Source: Hydrurus foetidus
Lineage: Eukaryota
Assembly (NCBI GenBank): GCA_900617105.1
Contig: UYFQ01000562.1
Coordinates: forward strand, 1 to 64,000
Reading direction: 5' to 3'
DNA length: 64,000 nt
Shown here: positions 1 through 19,291 of the stretch, in pieces
How the letters are laid out: each line of letters opens with the position of its first letter
How positions within the stretch are numbered: position 1 is the stretch's first letter
Translations under genes and position numbers: made by a program
The notes under the pieces: generated by a model
The model's input: only the letters and a program-made list of their open reading frames with translations
What the model was told of the DNA's origin: nothing
Databases searched by the model: none

Positions 1-993
1 GAGCTTGTTTTGGCCCAAAGGGTAAGCGAGTGAATTGATATACTCCGCAGAAAAGTATGAATGCAGTATAAGCACGTGCAGCGAGTGTAAGTGGTGCTTG
101 ATGGTAACCTTGAGTGAGATCAAGTACAGCAAACACTTTTGCTTTATGTGCACCTATTCTACGCAACATCTCACCGATGTGGGGAATAGGATGTGATTCA
201 TCTTCGGTACAGTTGTTGAGATTCCAAAAATCTATACACATGCGCTTAGTCCCATCAGATTTTGGAACTAGTAAAACTTAGCTATAATAAGCCGCGTTTG
301 ATTTTTCAACAATTTTTTGTTTTTCAAGTTTGACAATCTGACTAAGAATGTCAGCTTGACCAACTGTTGATTTAGCCCATGGAGGTTGTCTGACTTTCCA
401 TTGGTCGTCATTGACATTAAAGTCAAAGGGTGGAATATCAGCAGGAGTGGCCGAAAGTTCACTGCTAAATATATCCTTGAATTCGTGTACTAGTAACCGA
501 AGTTTATTTTTCTGATCTTCATCACCTGCTAAGTTTATTAGCGAGAGTAGGTCAGTATCAGGAAATTCATCTATCCAAGGTGAAAACGAGTCCTTGATCG
601 AGTCGTCGATTTCATCCTCATCAGGGGGCACAGCCTCAAAAAGTCTTTCAGACTCTTGTATTAGTGAAGCTAGAATAACGTGTGTTTGAGTGACTGCCGG
701 TTTCACCTTTTGGGTTAAAGGATCGACCTTTGGGGAGCCGTCGGAGGGTTGCAAATTCTCCTTAGGCTGACAGCCACACGTTATATCCACTTGCTCAGAA
801 GATAAAACTTCCGCTAACGGGATTGTGCTTGATGAAGCATTGGCAGATATCTGATCGGGGAATCGTGAAAACAAATTCAATTCGCGAATTGTTTTTCGTC
901 CCACTATTAGATCAACTTTCGAATCGTTTAAAACAGAAGCCGTGATTTGAAAAGTATAATAATTATCTAAATCAGGGCAAAAAAAGAAAGAGT

Positions 994-2634
994 TCAGTCT
1001 ATAGTGTCAGAAATATCATAACAATGATTATCTAGACCACTACAAACTCTACACAGTTTCTTTGAAGAGTTCGAAACGAATTGTGTGGAATTATGGTTAG
1101 TTATAATGCGGCGGTGTATAAAGTTGCCAGCAAAAGAGCCGGTGTCCAGGAGAGTAAAAACTCTATTACTTTTTTCCAGCATAAGCTCCTGTGAGAGAGG
1201 AGAGATGAAGAAAGGAATAAGTTCTGGATTATCGGAAAGAATAGATGATGAATTGAGGTTGCATAGTTGCTCACCTTTGTGTTTCTTCGCAGCGTGTGTC
1301 GAGTCTGCTGTTGAAGTAGCAGGTTTTGACGAGGAAAAGGAGGAGGAAGAGGAAGAAGATGAAGAAGAGGTTGTCTTAGGCAAAGTTGGAATGAACTTAG
1401 CCTGTGGATCAACTTTCAACAACTGCTTATGACCCTCAGAGTTGATGAAGGGTGTCTGAGTACTGTTAAAGTACGGAGACGTAGTGTAGAAACACGTGGC
1501 GACGAAATGGCCAAGTCTCCCACAACCTGTGCACAGAGGTCTTTCATATTTCTCAGACTTGTCTGACTGCACAGATTGCTCGTTCTCTCGTGGACGTTTT
1601 TTGATTTTGTCGTGAGTGGAACGAGAAGCGGCTTTGATTTGGCGAGAGTTATCACCATACAAAGGAGAGACATCAATGAAGCGTAAGGCATCAATTGATT
1701 CTCGTAGCTTAGCAAGCTGCGCAAGCCATACGAATCGAAAGTCTTCGATTGTAATGAGTCTTGGCGTTGTATTGTTAAGACTACGCTGTAACACTGCTCT
1801 CCAATTGATGGGTTCGACTGGCAACTTATCGATGAGAATTTTAGTCGCCTGAAGTTGGAGAGCGGGTGTTGCATAAGGGTAGGCTTCAACAATATCAGCT
1901 AAAAGCTGATCTGCTTTGTCTTCCACTGATTTATCCTCCAGGTCGAATTGAACTGCGACATGAGAGACAGTTTCAATGAAACTTAGCTTGTCAGTTCGAT
2001 TGACAGCTGATGTAGGAACTGTGATATTAAGTTCTCTACAGAACAATTGATTACTCCAATGTTTCCAATCGCGACGATCGGGATCAGTCGTGAACTTACG
2101 CTTGAGAAGCGTTGTGAACGATTGATGGTTGGAAACATGGACTACATCAATTGGTTTAAATGGAGTTCCATTTGAAAGGAGGACCTCCATTACCCGTAGT
2201 ACTTCCTGACGAGAGGGCACGGCGCTCAACTTAGGAGCTCTCTCACCCGTCTGCACATAGTGCTGGGATGGTGCCATCGTCCTTGGAATATGAATCTCAG
2301 CCAAAGCTGGGGTCGCAGTTAAATCTGGTATCGCAGCCGAAGCTGGTATCGCAGCCGAAGCTGGTTGCAATGACAAGGCAGACAACGCAGAAATGACAGG
2401 TACATCAACGGCAGACATGACCGCAGGCTCCGAATTCCGCTGAGGAATCGGTGCAGACAGGTCGCCAGCGGGGTCCTGAGCCGCAAGTGGCACAGGAGAC
2501 TCTAAATCTCCGCCACGGTTGTGGTGCTCATCATAACGTTGTCGGAAGGCGACAGCAACAGCTCTAGGAGGCTGCGGTTGTCGTCGTAGGGCACTGATGG
2601 AGCTGGGGGTTTTTTCCTGGCGACGTACCGCCAT
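994..2634 (-). pseudogene. Gypsy gag-protease ORF, frameshifted from the rest of pol
   Basis: Zinc knuckle plus LLDTGS. The protease C-terminus (..ITASVLNDSKVDLIVGRKTIRE) continues in another frame (ORF 278-904). Confidence 0.85.
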
Positions 2635-2867
2635 AACTTTGACGTGACGGAGAATGTTGGAAGGAGACGAAGGTAACAGTCGAAAAGAGAAATAAAAATT
2701 CTCGGAGGAAACTTCGGTGAAGACCGAATATCGATTTATGGCCTGAAGCGGGGCCTAGGACAGAGGACGGAGGTTTCGGTGGTTGGAGCGCGAAGGCGTG
2801 GGACAAGAGAAGACGTCGTTAGGAAGGTTAACGTTGTGATTATAGGTTGCAGTTAAAGGATAGGTGA

Positions 2868-3106
2868 TGTACAGTCTTCCAACAGGGCGGGAGATCTATC
2901 TTGAACTAAGACCTAAAACTGGAATCTGGGTGTATTGTACCTATTGTACCTAGTTAACATAGACACATTGTATAGCCCTAGAGATGCAATAAGGCTACAA
3001 CGGGTGTCATCCTCACACCTAATCTCGATCTCATATCTGTCGTACTACCCAACGCCACAACTATAAGTGCCACTTCCTGCGGATACCTGTACTTTCCATA
3101 TCTACA
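2868..3106 (-). repeat. Putative 5' LTR of the Gypsy element
   Basis: Non-coding segment with TGTA...TACA termini on the minus strand, lying between the Copia gag breakpoint and the Gypsy 5' UTR. The second LTR is not in the window, so the inner boundary is uncertain. Confidence 0.45.
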
Positions 3107-4362
3107 TCGCATTTTGTAACAGTCGGCGCTGGCGTGCGAATCGTATCCGTGAGCGAAGCAGTAAGACCGAGGAGTTGGGACGATGGGAGATACTGGTGGA
3201 GTGTGGCGATCTCGGCCACGACCACCGCGACCAGTTCTGGAAGGGCGAGGCTGACGAGGAATAGCGGCGGCCGCCGTGGCTGTTGCCAAGGCTGTTAGGA
3301 ATGATGGCGAGGACAGGATGGCGACATAATCTCCAGACGGGGGAATTACGTGAGTAGCGGCGGCTGTATATCCTATGTCGACGGATGTTTGGCTAAAATT
3401 TGGCGCATGGAGTGTTGAGTGTTACGTGTTTCACCAGAGTTGCAAATGTCTGTGTAGCTGTGCGTTGGTGTGCAGTAAGGGACGAATCAATAGCTTTTCG
3501 GATCATTGATAGATGTGCTGATCCCGTTCGTAAATAGTCACATTTTTGTAATTCCGGAACTGGCTGAGCTTGTGCCGCCAGTTGCTCGAAATTGAATCTT
3601 TGGTCGGCTGCATATCCAGTAAAGTTTGTCGCTGTGTGTCAGCTGAGTGTATAAAAGCTTTCCTCCGATGTAAGATTACCATATTGTGTGCGGAGATGAG
3701 TCATAATTGCCAAAGAGTTGACTTGTCCCATGCCAAGTATGGGATGGTATCTGCTGTCGGATGGGCGTCTTTCAGCCGACGCGTAAGTAGATGGACGCCG
3801 GTAGCGACTTTATCGAATTCGTTCTTCCGATAGTCGAACAAATGCCACGCGTTGGCGTTGTCCGCTGGAGGTAGCGGTGGTGTCAATACATCACGTGAAA
3901 GAAAAATCACGTTGGCTCCGTCGAGAACCGCATTTCCAGGAAGTTGCTGCCATGTTTCTGTGGTGGTAACGAACGATAATAATCCGTGGCGATGTGTGAG
4001 AAAACCGTTATCAGACGGATGCGGCTTAGTCGTAAATTTGCCGCTGGAACTCAGGAAAGTTTTCCTTCGAGATGGATATGAAAGGGACCGTCGTTGTAAT
4101 CTCAACTGTTGATCGCTGTGTGACCAGACGTGTAAATCGATTGACAGAAGTCTAAGTGGAAGTGAACTAACAGATTGGTATGAAGACTACGATGGCGACT
4201 TGAAGAGTAAGATCGTAGGTGAGACATAGGCCGCTGTGCGCGAGCGTGAATGTGTAAACAATACAGTGCACCGTGTATACCGTGTATACCGTATACACCC
4301 GGCTGGGATCAAGATCTTCGAGAGATGATCGGATCGTCGATCTTTCGCACCACAGAACTACA
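3107..4362 (-). mobile_element. Degenerate Copia-like (stramenopile/diatom-type) retroelement: putative LTR plus gag, interrupted by the Gypsy insertion
   Basis: Broken minus-strand frames read KENFPEFQRQIYD*AASV..HGLLSFV, and further on a Pro/Arg-rich linker (GRGGRGR) followed by YCFAHGYDSHASADC. This resembles the YCxxHGxxxHxxxxC knuckle of diatom Copia gag. Several stops and frameshifts are present. The minus strand starts TGTAG at 4362. CCGTGTATA-like triplet repeat near 4270-4297. Confidence 0.6.
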
Positions 4363-4522
4363 AGCAATGGACTACTTCCGCTTCATCTTCAAGGATATTC
4401 AGAGTTCAGTGAGAAGCGCCGACCTATCAAGTGCAGCATCTATCGCATATTGTGCGGCACTTGACACCTCTATTACATTTTCATCGATTGGAGCGTGAGT
4501 GACGGGGCAAAAAAAATTTAAA

Positions 4523-5959
4523 ATGATATCCTTACAATTCGCCTATCTAGGCGTTATCGCACTACTTGCGAAAGAGTGCAGATGTTTCTCACCATTTGCT
4601 TCAAAAAGATATTTCTCCGTCAAAACACAACTGTACTCATCTCCAGTTATGGAACAATTAACACCTAAGGTGCCCTCCTCAGCATGGAAGTGGCCACCGA
4701 GCTGGCCGTTTCCTGTTGATTTTCTTGAACTCATTGACCTAGATGCTGGGAATAAGACAGTCCTGTCGCAACCTGTCATAACTGTTTTTCGTCAACACGT
4801 GCAAAACAACGTTTTCGAGGGTGCATCAGTTCTGGAAATTGGTGATGTAAGGAATCTTTTCTCCACTGCTAGTAAGTTACAGTCGTACGATATCTCGACC
4901 TTGGCGGGACCACTACCTTTTGACTCAAACTCCTTCGACAGAATCGTTGTATCTTCCGGCATAGAAGCTCTTGCCGATCCAAGGAGCTTATTCAGGGACA
5001 TCTGGCGAATACTGAAGCCTGGAGGAACTTGCTTGACTTGCTTTTCAGGGAAAAACTACTCTCCGTCTGAGAAGTCCGCTAAGATGTGGACTACAATGAA
5101 TGATGAGCAGAAGATTTGGATTGCTGGAAGTTACTTTCACTACTCAGCAGGATCGGGGTGGGAAACAATTGAGGGTTACGATCTGCTGGGAAGCACGGGA
5201 GAGAAGAAAATGATTTTCGAATCTGATTCAAAAATCATGGACGGTACAGCATATGTCGTGAGCGCGAAGAAAATTGTTATTCCCACAATGGATACCACCG
5301 ACTTCTCAGCATATAACTATACAAAGCAAAGTCTCCTGGGATCCGCGACAATGGATAAAGATGACCTTGAGTTCATAGCTCTGAGGATCGGAACAGCATT
5401 CTCCAAAGCGGAATCTACGAAGGAAAAACAAACCATTCTGGATTCCGTACCAAAACTGACAAGTATATATGAAGTACTAAAGGACGTGAAAGAAGTCGTC
5501 ATTCCCACACCAGTAAAAGCTATGCTAGCGTCATTCCTACTTCCAAAGTGGGATAACACAGAGGACCAAAGGGAAGCTCTCAAACTTGGTCTTGGTCTTG
5601 ATAAAGGAAAAGAAGAATTTTGGGTCCCTGTCGGCAAATCAACTTCAGCAATGCCACCACGCGAAAAAATTCTTTTTCTCTCTGAAATTATCCCAGAATT
5701 CGGGAGGAACACAAATCTTGAAAGGCTTCCCAACTTGCTGTCTTCTTTGTTGATCACGATTCGAGAGAAAGTGGGTCCCCTCATGGACGAGGCATCATTA
5801 CAGATTTTCGTGGCGGATTTAGCTGTTACGGATTTCATTTTTAGCAAGAATCCTGACCAGAACGCAGCGTACGACAGAGTCGTGAAATTCATAAATCAAG
5901 CTGACGCAACACTTCTAACAGAACTCGTGACAGATAGAATGACCAACACCTTGAAGTAA
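4523..5959 (+). CDS. Class I SAM-dependent methyltransferase-like protein (Methyltransf_11 type) with a bipartite plastid-targeting leader; intronless
   Basis: First ATG at 4523. Signal peptide MISLQFAYLGVIALLAKECRC is followed by F-SPF (ASAFAP-like cleavage) and a Ser/Lys-rich transit region. Motifs VLEIG, LPFDSNSFDRIV and DIWRILKPGG. Confidence 0.75.
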   Translation: MISLQFAYLGVIALLAKECRCFSPFASKRYFSVKTQLYSSPVMEQLTPKVPSSAWKWPPSWPFPVDFLELIDLDAGNKTVLSQPVITVFRQHVQNNVFEGASVLEIGDVRNLFSTASKLQSYDISTLAGPLPFDSNSFDRIVVSSGIEALADPRSLFRDIWRILKPGGTCLTCFSGKNYSPSEKSAKMWTTMNDEQKIWIAGSYFHYSAGSGWETIEGYDLLGSTGEKKMIFESDSKIMDGTAYVVSAKKIVIPTMDTTDFSAYNYTKQSLLGSATMDKDDLEFIALRIGTAFSKAESTKEKQTILDSVPKLTSIYEVLKDVKEVVIPTPVKAMLASFLLPKWDNTEDQREALKLGLGLDKGKEEFWVPVGKSTSAMPPREKILFLSEIIPEFGRNTNLERLPNLLSSLLITIREKVGPLMDEASLQIFVADLAVTDFIFSKNPDQNAAYDRVVKFINQADATLLTELVTDRMTNTLK

Positions 5960-6869
5960 TTAGCAATTTCCTAGTGAAGCGGCACATCCAACATAATCAA
6001 TACTTGTGCCTGTTGCCCAATTTTTTTCTACGTATGGAAAGATGACAGACATAGATCAGCGATGGTGACATTTTAAATAGTTGACTTGTAGACGTGAAGA
6101 ACTTTCTTCTCTTCCAAACATTACTCTGAAAGCCTTGTAAATAATAACACAGTATTCATGACACTCTGCCCACCCGTAGAAGATTCATACGACGGCGATA
6201 ATGCCCTTGCCTCTCTGCATGTCTGCCATAGAATTAGGTGTGATCGCTGCGTCGAACCGTTGGACTCGAATAACATAGATTACGCTCTTTTCTTATCCAA
6301 ATATACATCACTTCCATGATGTCACCTGCAACAGATTGAACTCCTTCTCCGGAAGGTACTGTATTTGTGTAGAGGTGCGCGTCCTCGCCATCGCTTGAAC
6401 GTTACTCCTTAATCGTACGTACAGTTCTGCAGGATTCTTCGATGCAGGGACTTTAGGAAGTCTACTAGACTCTTCAACTCTCCTTGTCTGTGATCTTCGA
6501 ATTTTTTCACGGACACAGGAAGGACTGACGGACTATCACATCACAAGTAGATCGCACCACAAAATGCAATTCACTCATGTGTCTCAGAACTTATAGATCA
6601 ACTTCTTCCCAAATCTAATTTGCGATGATGCGAAGTTTATTCATTATCATGACAGACAGCGAAGCTACAAAGTTCTTCAAAATAAAATCCCTTTTAAATG
6701 TTGGGGGCAGATTGCCTCTCCATATTCCACTGCTTACACAGGAGCTGACAATTTTGTTTTGCTGATGCCACACTTAACATTGTCCATAATAGAATTCCCC
6801 GAATCGGACGTGAAGAATACCTAAATCAATTAGTCTACATTTACCGTCCTTTCTTAATCCACTTTTACG

Positions 6870-13760
<6,891 letters not shown>

Positions 13761-15118
13761 GATTCTTCGTGATTGCTAGGGTGGAGAGCTAGAAGGGCTT
13801 TGCTGTACAGCCAAAATGCGACGAGGTGTTTCAACGATCACAGTTCCTGACGAAGGGCGCTCCTCGGACCTCGGGGGTTCGTTACGTTGAATCTGCGACG
13901 TTAGGGTGATCGACTTTTGCCCACAAAGCCAATGTCTGACAAACGGTTTCAAGTTGATGTATCCACTTCTTGATCAGTCAGTACTCTGCTGTTATCAACA
14001 TTGAATTGTGCCTGCCGCAGGCCGGAGTCAAGTTTCTTCTTCAGGATCGTTCTTGAAGACTCTTCTCTTTCCTTCAAGTACAAAATATTTGAAAAAGAAA
14101 AAATTATTGAAAATTCAAAGGATTGAGGAGATCTATACGGTTGTAAGTTGTAATCTCGCATTCATACCGTGAGTAAGATAAGGATGATAATTATTGAGCT
14201 ACAAATTTCTTGAACTTTTCTTTTGATTTATTGAAATTGCACCAAATAAATTTCAGTACGAATCACGACTAAATTTGCGGTAATTTTCACCACAACAACT
14301 GAAATAGCACTAAATAAAATTCAACGAATTTGGGCGCTAAATTAACGTGAATCTTCAGTAAAATTCAGTGAACCTCAAGAATATCTCAGTGAACATACTG
14401 CAAATCCTATCAACAGAATCACCTCCAAATTTCTGTAAGACATCACTTGATTGTTTGAAAGAGCTTCAATTTTCATTCTTCAGCACCATAATCGTACGCA
14501 ACCCGTCCTTTGCTTTGCAGTTTGCAATCAAATCGTGATAGCACCGCGCGCAGCCTGCAGCTTTGTCGCAGCTCTAATTGGCTCCCTCCTCGATCATCTG
14601 GGAATGACTTTCCAGCGATGCAAGCGACGCTTGTGAAGTTCCTTAGAACTGATCATGCCTGATCGAATTTCACAGCAACTTTTGTTGCTTTCATTAACTG
14701 GAATCGAAGAAATCCTTGCATGTCTTTCAACATGTACCATGTCAGCTGTCAACGAGAAAGCAAATATGAATTGAACGTTTGCCAAATTTCATGACGACTT
14801 TTGCAAATCCTGCAGGCACACATTTCCATTAAGTATCATATCTCGTTGCAAGAATTGCTCTTGTTACCTTCAACTGAACTGTGTCGTGCTTCATGTTCAT
14901 TTGCCGAACTGACCTTGTTTTCGAGAATTATGATTCATTTGTTGCTGAGTAAGATTTCTGTAAATAAAACATGAATCAATCTATGAAAGATCAATTCTGT
15001 CGAAGTTCTTGAAAGAAGCCATCTCATAAAGAAGAGAGCAAACAAAAACGAACAATAGATCACAATAGCGGAATGCATAAAAAAAAACACCATTACTAAG
15101 TCGACAATTAGAACGTAA

Positions 15119-16783
15119 GAACACGTTGCCTGTGTCGTATAGTCATGTTAGCATACTCAAATATGATGCATTGATGATGCTGATCATGAATCAATCGTCA
15201 AATATATCACTGTCATCGATATTCGATATTACGTACACTATATCAGGTGACGTAAGTACCCCACTGTATGTATCCTGTAGCACTTTAGTATAATGTCAGA
15301 ACACGTTGCCTGTGTCGTATAGTCATGTTAGCATACTCAAATATGATGCATTGATGATGCTGATCATGAATCAATCGTCAAATATATCACTGTCATCGAT
15401 ATTCGATATTACGTACACTATATCAGGTGACGTAAGTACCCCCACTGTATGTATCCTGTAGCACTTTAGTATAATGTCAGAACACGTTGCCTGTGTCGTA
15501 TAGTCATGTTAGCATACTCAAATATGATGCATTGATGATGCTGATCATGAATCAATCGTCAAATATATCACTGTCATCGATATTCGATATTACGTACACT
15601 ATATCAGGTGACGTAAGTACCCCCACTGTATGTATCCTGTAGCACTTTAGTATAATGTCAGAACACGTTGCCTGTGTCGTATAGTCATGTTAGCATACTC
15701 AAATATGATGCATTGATGATGCTGATCATGAATCAATCGTCAAATATATCACTGTCATCGATATTCGATATTACGTACACTATATCAGGTGACGTAAGTA
15801 CCCCCACTGTATGTATCCTGTAGCACTTTAGTATAATGTCAGAACACGTTGCCTGTGTCGTATAGTCATGTTAGCATACTCAAATATGATGCATTGATGA
15901 TGCTGATCATGAATCAATCGTCAAATATATCACTGTCATCGATATTCGATATTACGTACACTATATCAGGTGACGTAAGTACCCCCACTGTATGTATCCT
16001 GTAGCACTTTAGTATAATGTCAGAACACGTTGCCTGTGTCGTATAGTCATGTTAGCATACTCAAATATGATGCATTGATGATGCTGATCATGAATCAATC
16101 GTCAAATATATCACTGTCATCGATATTCGATATTACGTACACTATATCAGGTGACGTAAGTACCCCACTGTATGTATCCTGTAGCACTTTAGTATAATGT
16201 CAGAACACGTTGCCTGTGTCGTATAGTCATGTTAGCATACTCAAATATGATGCATTGATGATGCTGATCATGAATCAATCGTCAAATATATCACTGTCAT
16301 CGATATTCGATATTACGTACACTATATCAGGTGACGTAAGTACCCCACTGTATGTATCCTGTAGCACTTTAGTATAATGTCAGAACACGTTGCCTGTGTC
16401 GTATAGTCATGTTAGCATACTCAAATATGATGCATTGATGATGCTGATCATGAATCAATCGTCAAATATATCACTGTCATCGATATTCGATATTACGTAC
16501 ACTATATCAGGTGACGTAAGTACCCCCACTGTATGTATCCTGTAGCACTTTAGTATAATGTCAGAACACGTTGCCTGTGTCGTATAGTCATGTTAGCATA
16601 CTCAAATATGATGCATTGATGATGCTGATCATGAATCAATCGTCAAATATATCACTGTCATCGATATTCGATATTACGTACACTATATCAGGTGACGTAA
16701 GTACCCCCACTGTATGTATCCTGTAGCACTTTAGTATAATGTCAGAACACGTTGCCTGTGTCGTATAGTCATGTTAGCATACT
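15119..16783. repeat. 180/181-bp tandem satellite, 9 full copies plus a partial copy, inside the MULE
   Basis: ACACGTTGCCTGTGTCG recurs at 15121, 15301, 15482, 15663, 15844, 16025, 16205, 16385, 16566 and 16747. Units differ essentially only in a short C run. Confidence 0.97.
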
Positions 16784-19291
16784 CTGTCCCATTGGCAGAT
16801 CCATGCTGACGTAAGTGGCAACCCTATTTCTAATGATGGAAATAGCCAATGCATGTTCGCAGTCATACTCATCCATATAGGTACGACAAGTACAACTGTA
16901 ACTACCTGATCTAAAACTGACCAAATCAGACGGAAGAGGACTTACTATACGCACGCATTCACTATAATATTGTCTTGACATCCAACTGATGAAGCTATTT
17001 GTGTTGCTGTTAGTTATCATTTTCAAGGATTTGAGATCGTTCATTGTTTTTTCTGGCGTAAACATAATGTATTGTTTACTAACTAACGTTGGCTTCAAAG
17101 TCTTAATGCGCTCATTGCTCGCTAAAGACGAGGCAGTCGACCACATCTTTTTATTAACTTTCGGAATATACGAATATTTCTTAAAATTTGCATTATTTTC
17201 AGATCTCGTTATTGATTCGTTGTTGACGAATTTTGAAATGTAATCTAAGCATTCAGTCCCGCTTAGTAAGTCACCTAAAATGTTATGTAATGTTAATGTT
17301 TATGTGAATATCAATTTTCTGGATAAATTTTAATGATAAAAATTGTATAATAAATGTAAACAGGGATTCCTTAAAAACAGAAATCGATAAGGTCGTCCCT
17401 GGTGCTGTACAAAATACAGAATACAAAAAGTACCTTTTAAATCTTTCTTGAAAATTCGATTTGTAACTTCAACACCATTATTAGTCGTCACAGTACCAGG
17501 AAGTAAACCGGAGTGCCATCCTATATTGGGCGGTGTCAACCAAAATTTCTCGAAATGTTGTAAAGCATTTATTATTGACACGTTTTGATTGATTCTGTAT
17601 TTTGTTAAAAATAGTGCCAAGGATGCGTCGAAGTGGTTCTGACTATGCGACTTCGATAAAGATTTTAAATCTTTTAAGAAAATGTTCTTCGATTTTTCGT
17701 CAGAATAAGGACGTTCTCTCATGCTTTTCATCATGTGAAAGAAGCATTTTCCGGGAAGCATGTCGGGGAATACTTTGGATAATCCATTGAATATTGCCGC
17801 TGCAGCATCACTCATAAGTTTTTTGGGCTTGAAATGAGGAATGTATTTCTCAAGACACTTTCCTGGGTAATATTAAAAAAATTTGAGGTATTGCGAGTTT
17901 TGATATCTTATGATTGGAAAAAAAACAGAATTAAAAAAACAGTATGAATCAAAATTATAATATAAAAGGGGTACATAACACATAAAATCATGAGTAAGTG
18001 AATCTACCAAAATTTTTCGTTTCTTACAATATAATTAATGAAAAATTAATTACTTACCGATAAATTCAAACATCGCGGCGTCTTCATGAGTGCTTATAGC
18101 GACAGCCAGTGTGTGGAATACTCGTGCAACATCAGAGGAACCTGTAAAAATAAAAAATAATTTCTTTTAGGTATGGATTTGTTTAGGATGATAAATATGC
18201 TGACAAATATTTATGTTAACTGTAGATAGTATCGATTTCTGTAGAAATGGTCCCGAGATTTTTTTTAGTTTGTAAGTCACAGTACCCTCACCTACTATTA
18301 ACACCGGAAATCCGTGAATATTGGTCTTATGAGTACCATCGGCTTGAAGGCAATTACGGTTATCGATAAGAGGAGAATTTTTATCAACGCCATGATATAG
18401 CAATCGATAGCTTGATATGACGGCTATGAATCGGGGCTTAAAAGATGTCGATGTGTCCTAATAAAATAAATATCGTGTATTAAATATGGGTCACGCATAG
18501 TAAGTATCACATGATATCTAGAATAATACACGGTATAATAATAAATTTTCACATACCAGTATGTAGTCAAGAACAAACGGAATATTCAAATTGATTTCGT
18601 CATTACTCAAATCGCGAACAATAGGCCCATGAGACATACACCAAAGCTTCAAATCATTTGGAGATGGATTATAGATAGACGAGTTTTTCCTTTTATGTGC
18701 TTGAATGTAATTATTCAACTTCACAATATCGGGATCATCTGGGAAACGAAGAGCACCATCTTGTAAAGATGCAGCTCTCTTCAGACGAAAAAAAGACAGT
18801 ATCTTCCTCGAAGACATTTTCTCTTGGTCGATGGCTTCATGAACTAATAATTTCTGCTCCCCAGTAAGTCCACGATGGGCTTCTGGGGTGAGAACCGTAA
18901 GATCGGTATGATCGTGAACTCCATGGAAATACGAAATGTATTGTCCAATGGAGGAATCCATCTCGTATCTTCGCATAAAAGAGCAGCCAGTAAATTTGCA
19001 TTTAAACTTAAACTGCAAGTCTACTGAGCTGACTTTTGAATAGTCCGATATTGCTGCATCATGCACTACATCACCGAGAGACTGGTAAAGTATAAACCCA
19101 GTCTTATCCTCCACTAAATGTTCCTCCCATTTGAGGGCTTTCCCACGACCTTTCTTCTTTACAGAGTTAGAAGGATCATTAATAACCTCCTCTGTAGAGA
19201 TGTCAACATCAGATCCTGAATCAGTTGATGCTGGACTGTCTGGAATATGAATCCCAAAAGATGTTTCGACGCCGAATACAGTGTTGGACAT
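16769..19291 (-). CDS. MULE DDE transposase with SWIM zinc finger, spliced (at least 5 exons)
   Basis: Approximate exons 18557-19291, 18291-18457, 18058-18141, 17434-17862, 16769-17275, with GT-AG junctions in phase. Features: N-terminal C-x4-C...HxH finger (CKFTGC..HDH), QADGTHKTNIHGFPV (D1), LMSDAA (D2), CFFH, TNNGVE (E) and SWIM CTC..CEH. The true C-terminus is uncertain. Confidence 0.88.

Larger units (their letters stand above)
1..3106 (-). mobile_element. Ty3/Gypsy LTR retrotransposon, 5' part (putative LTR, gag, protease, start of RT); degenerate and runs off the window start
   Basis: ORF 994-2634 has a CCHC knuckle (CTGCGRLGHFVATC) and an aspartic protease motif (LLDTGS). The minus strand of 1-277 reads VLLVPKSDGTKRMCIDFWNLN..HPIPHI..FAVLDLTQGYHQ..YTAF..YQFTRLPFG, the Gypsy RT N-terminus, directly after the protease (Gypsy order). 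A frameshift near 994 and an in-frame TAA at 278-280 interrupt pol. The minus strand starts TGTAGA at 3106, where the neighbouring Copia gag breaks off. Confidence 0.9.

Noticed and set aside
2820..2870. tRNA PBS or self-priming site for the Gypsy element
   Set aside because: No TGG-initiated PBS, and at most ~6 nt complementarity to the putative LTR. The LTR boundary is itself uncertain.
6180..6540. Possible small gene between the methyltransferase and GMPR
   Set aside because: Short open frames without a clear start or recognisable motif. Cannot be supported without transcript data.
14400..15100. Second, mudrB-like gene inside the MULE
   Set aside because: Only ~60-aa ORFs with non-ATG starts and no recognisable similarity.
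15119..16783. Regular arrays (also 9029-10279 and 48384-48955) as CRISPR arrays
   Set aside because: Whole units are repeated with no unique spacers, there are no cas genes, and the context is eukaryotic.
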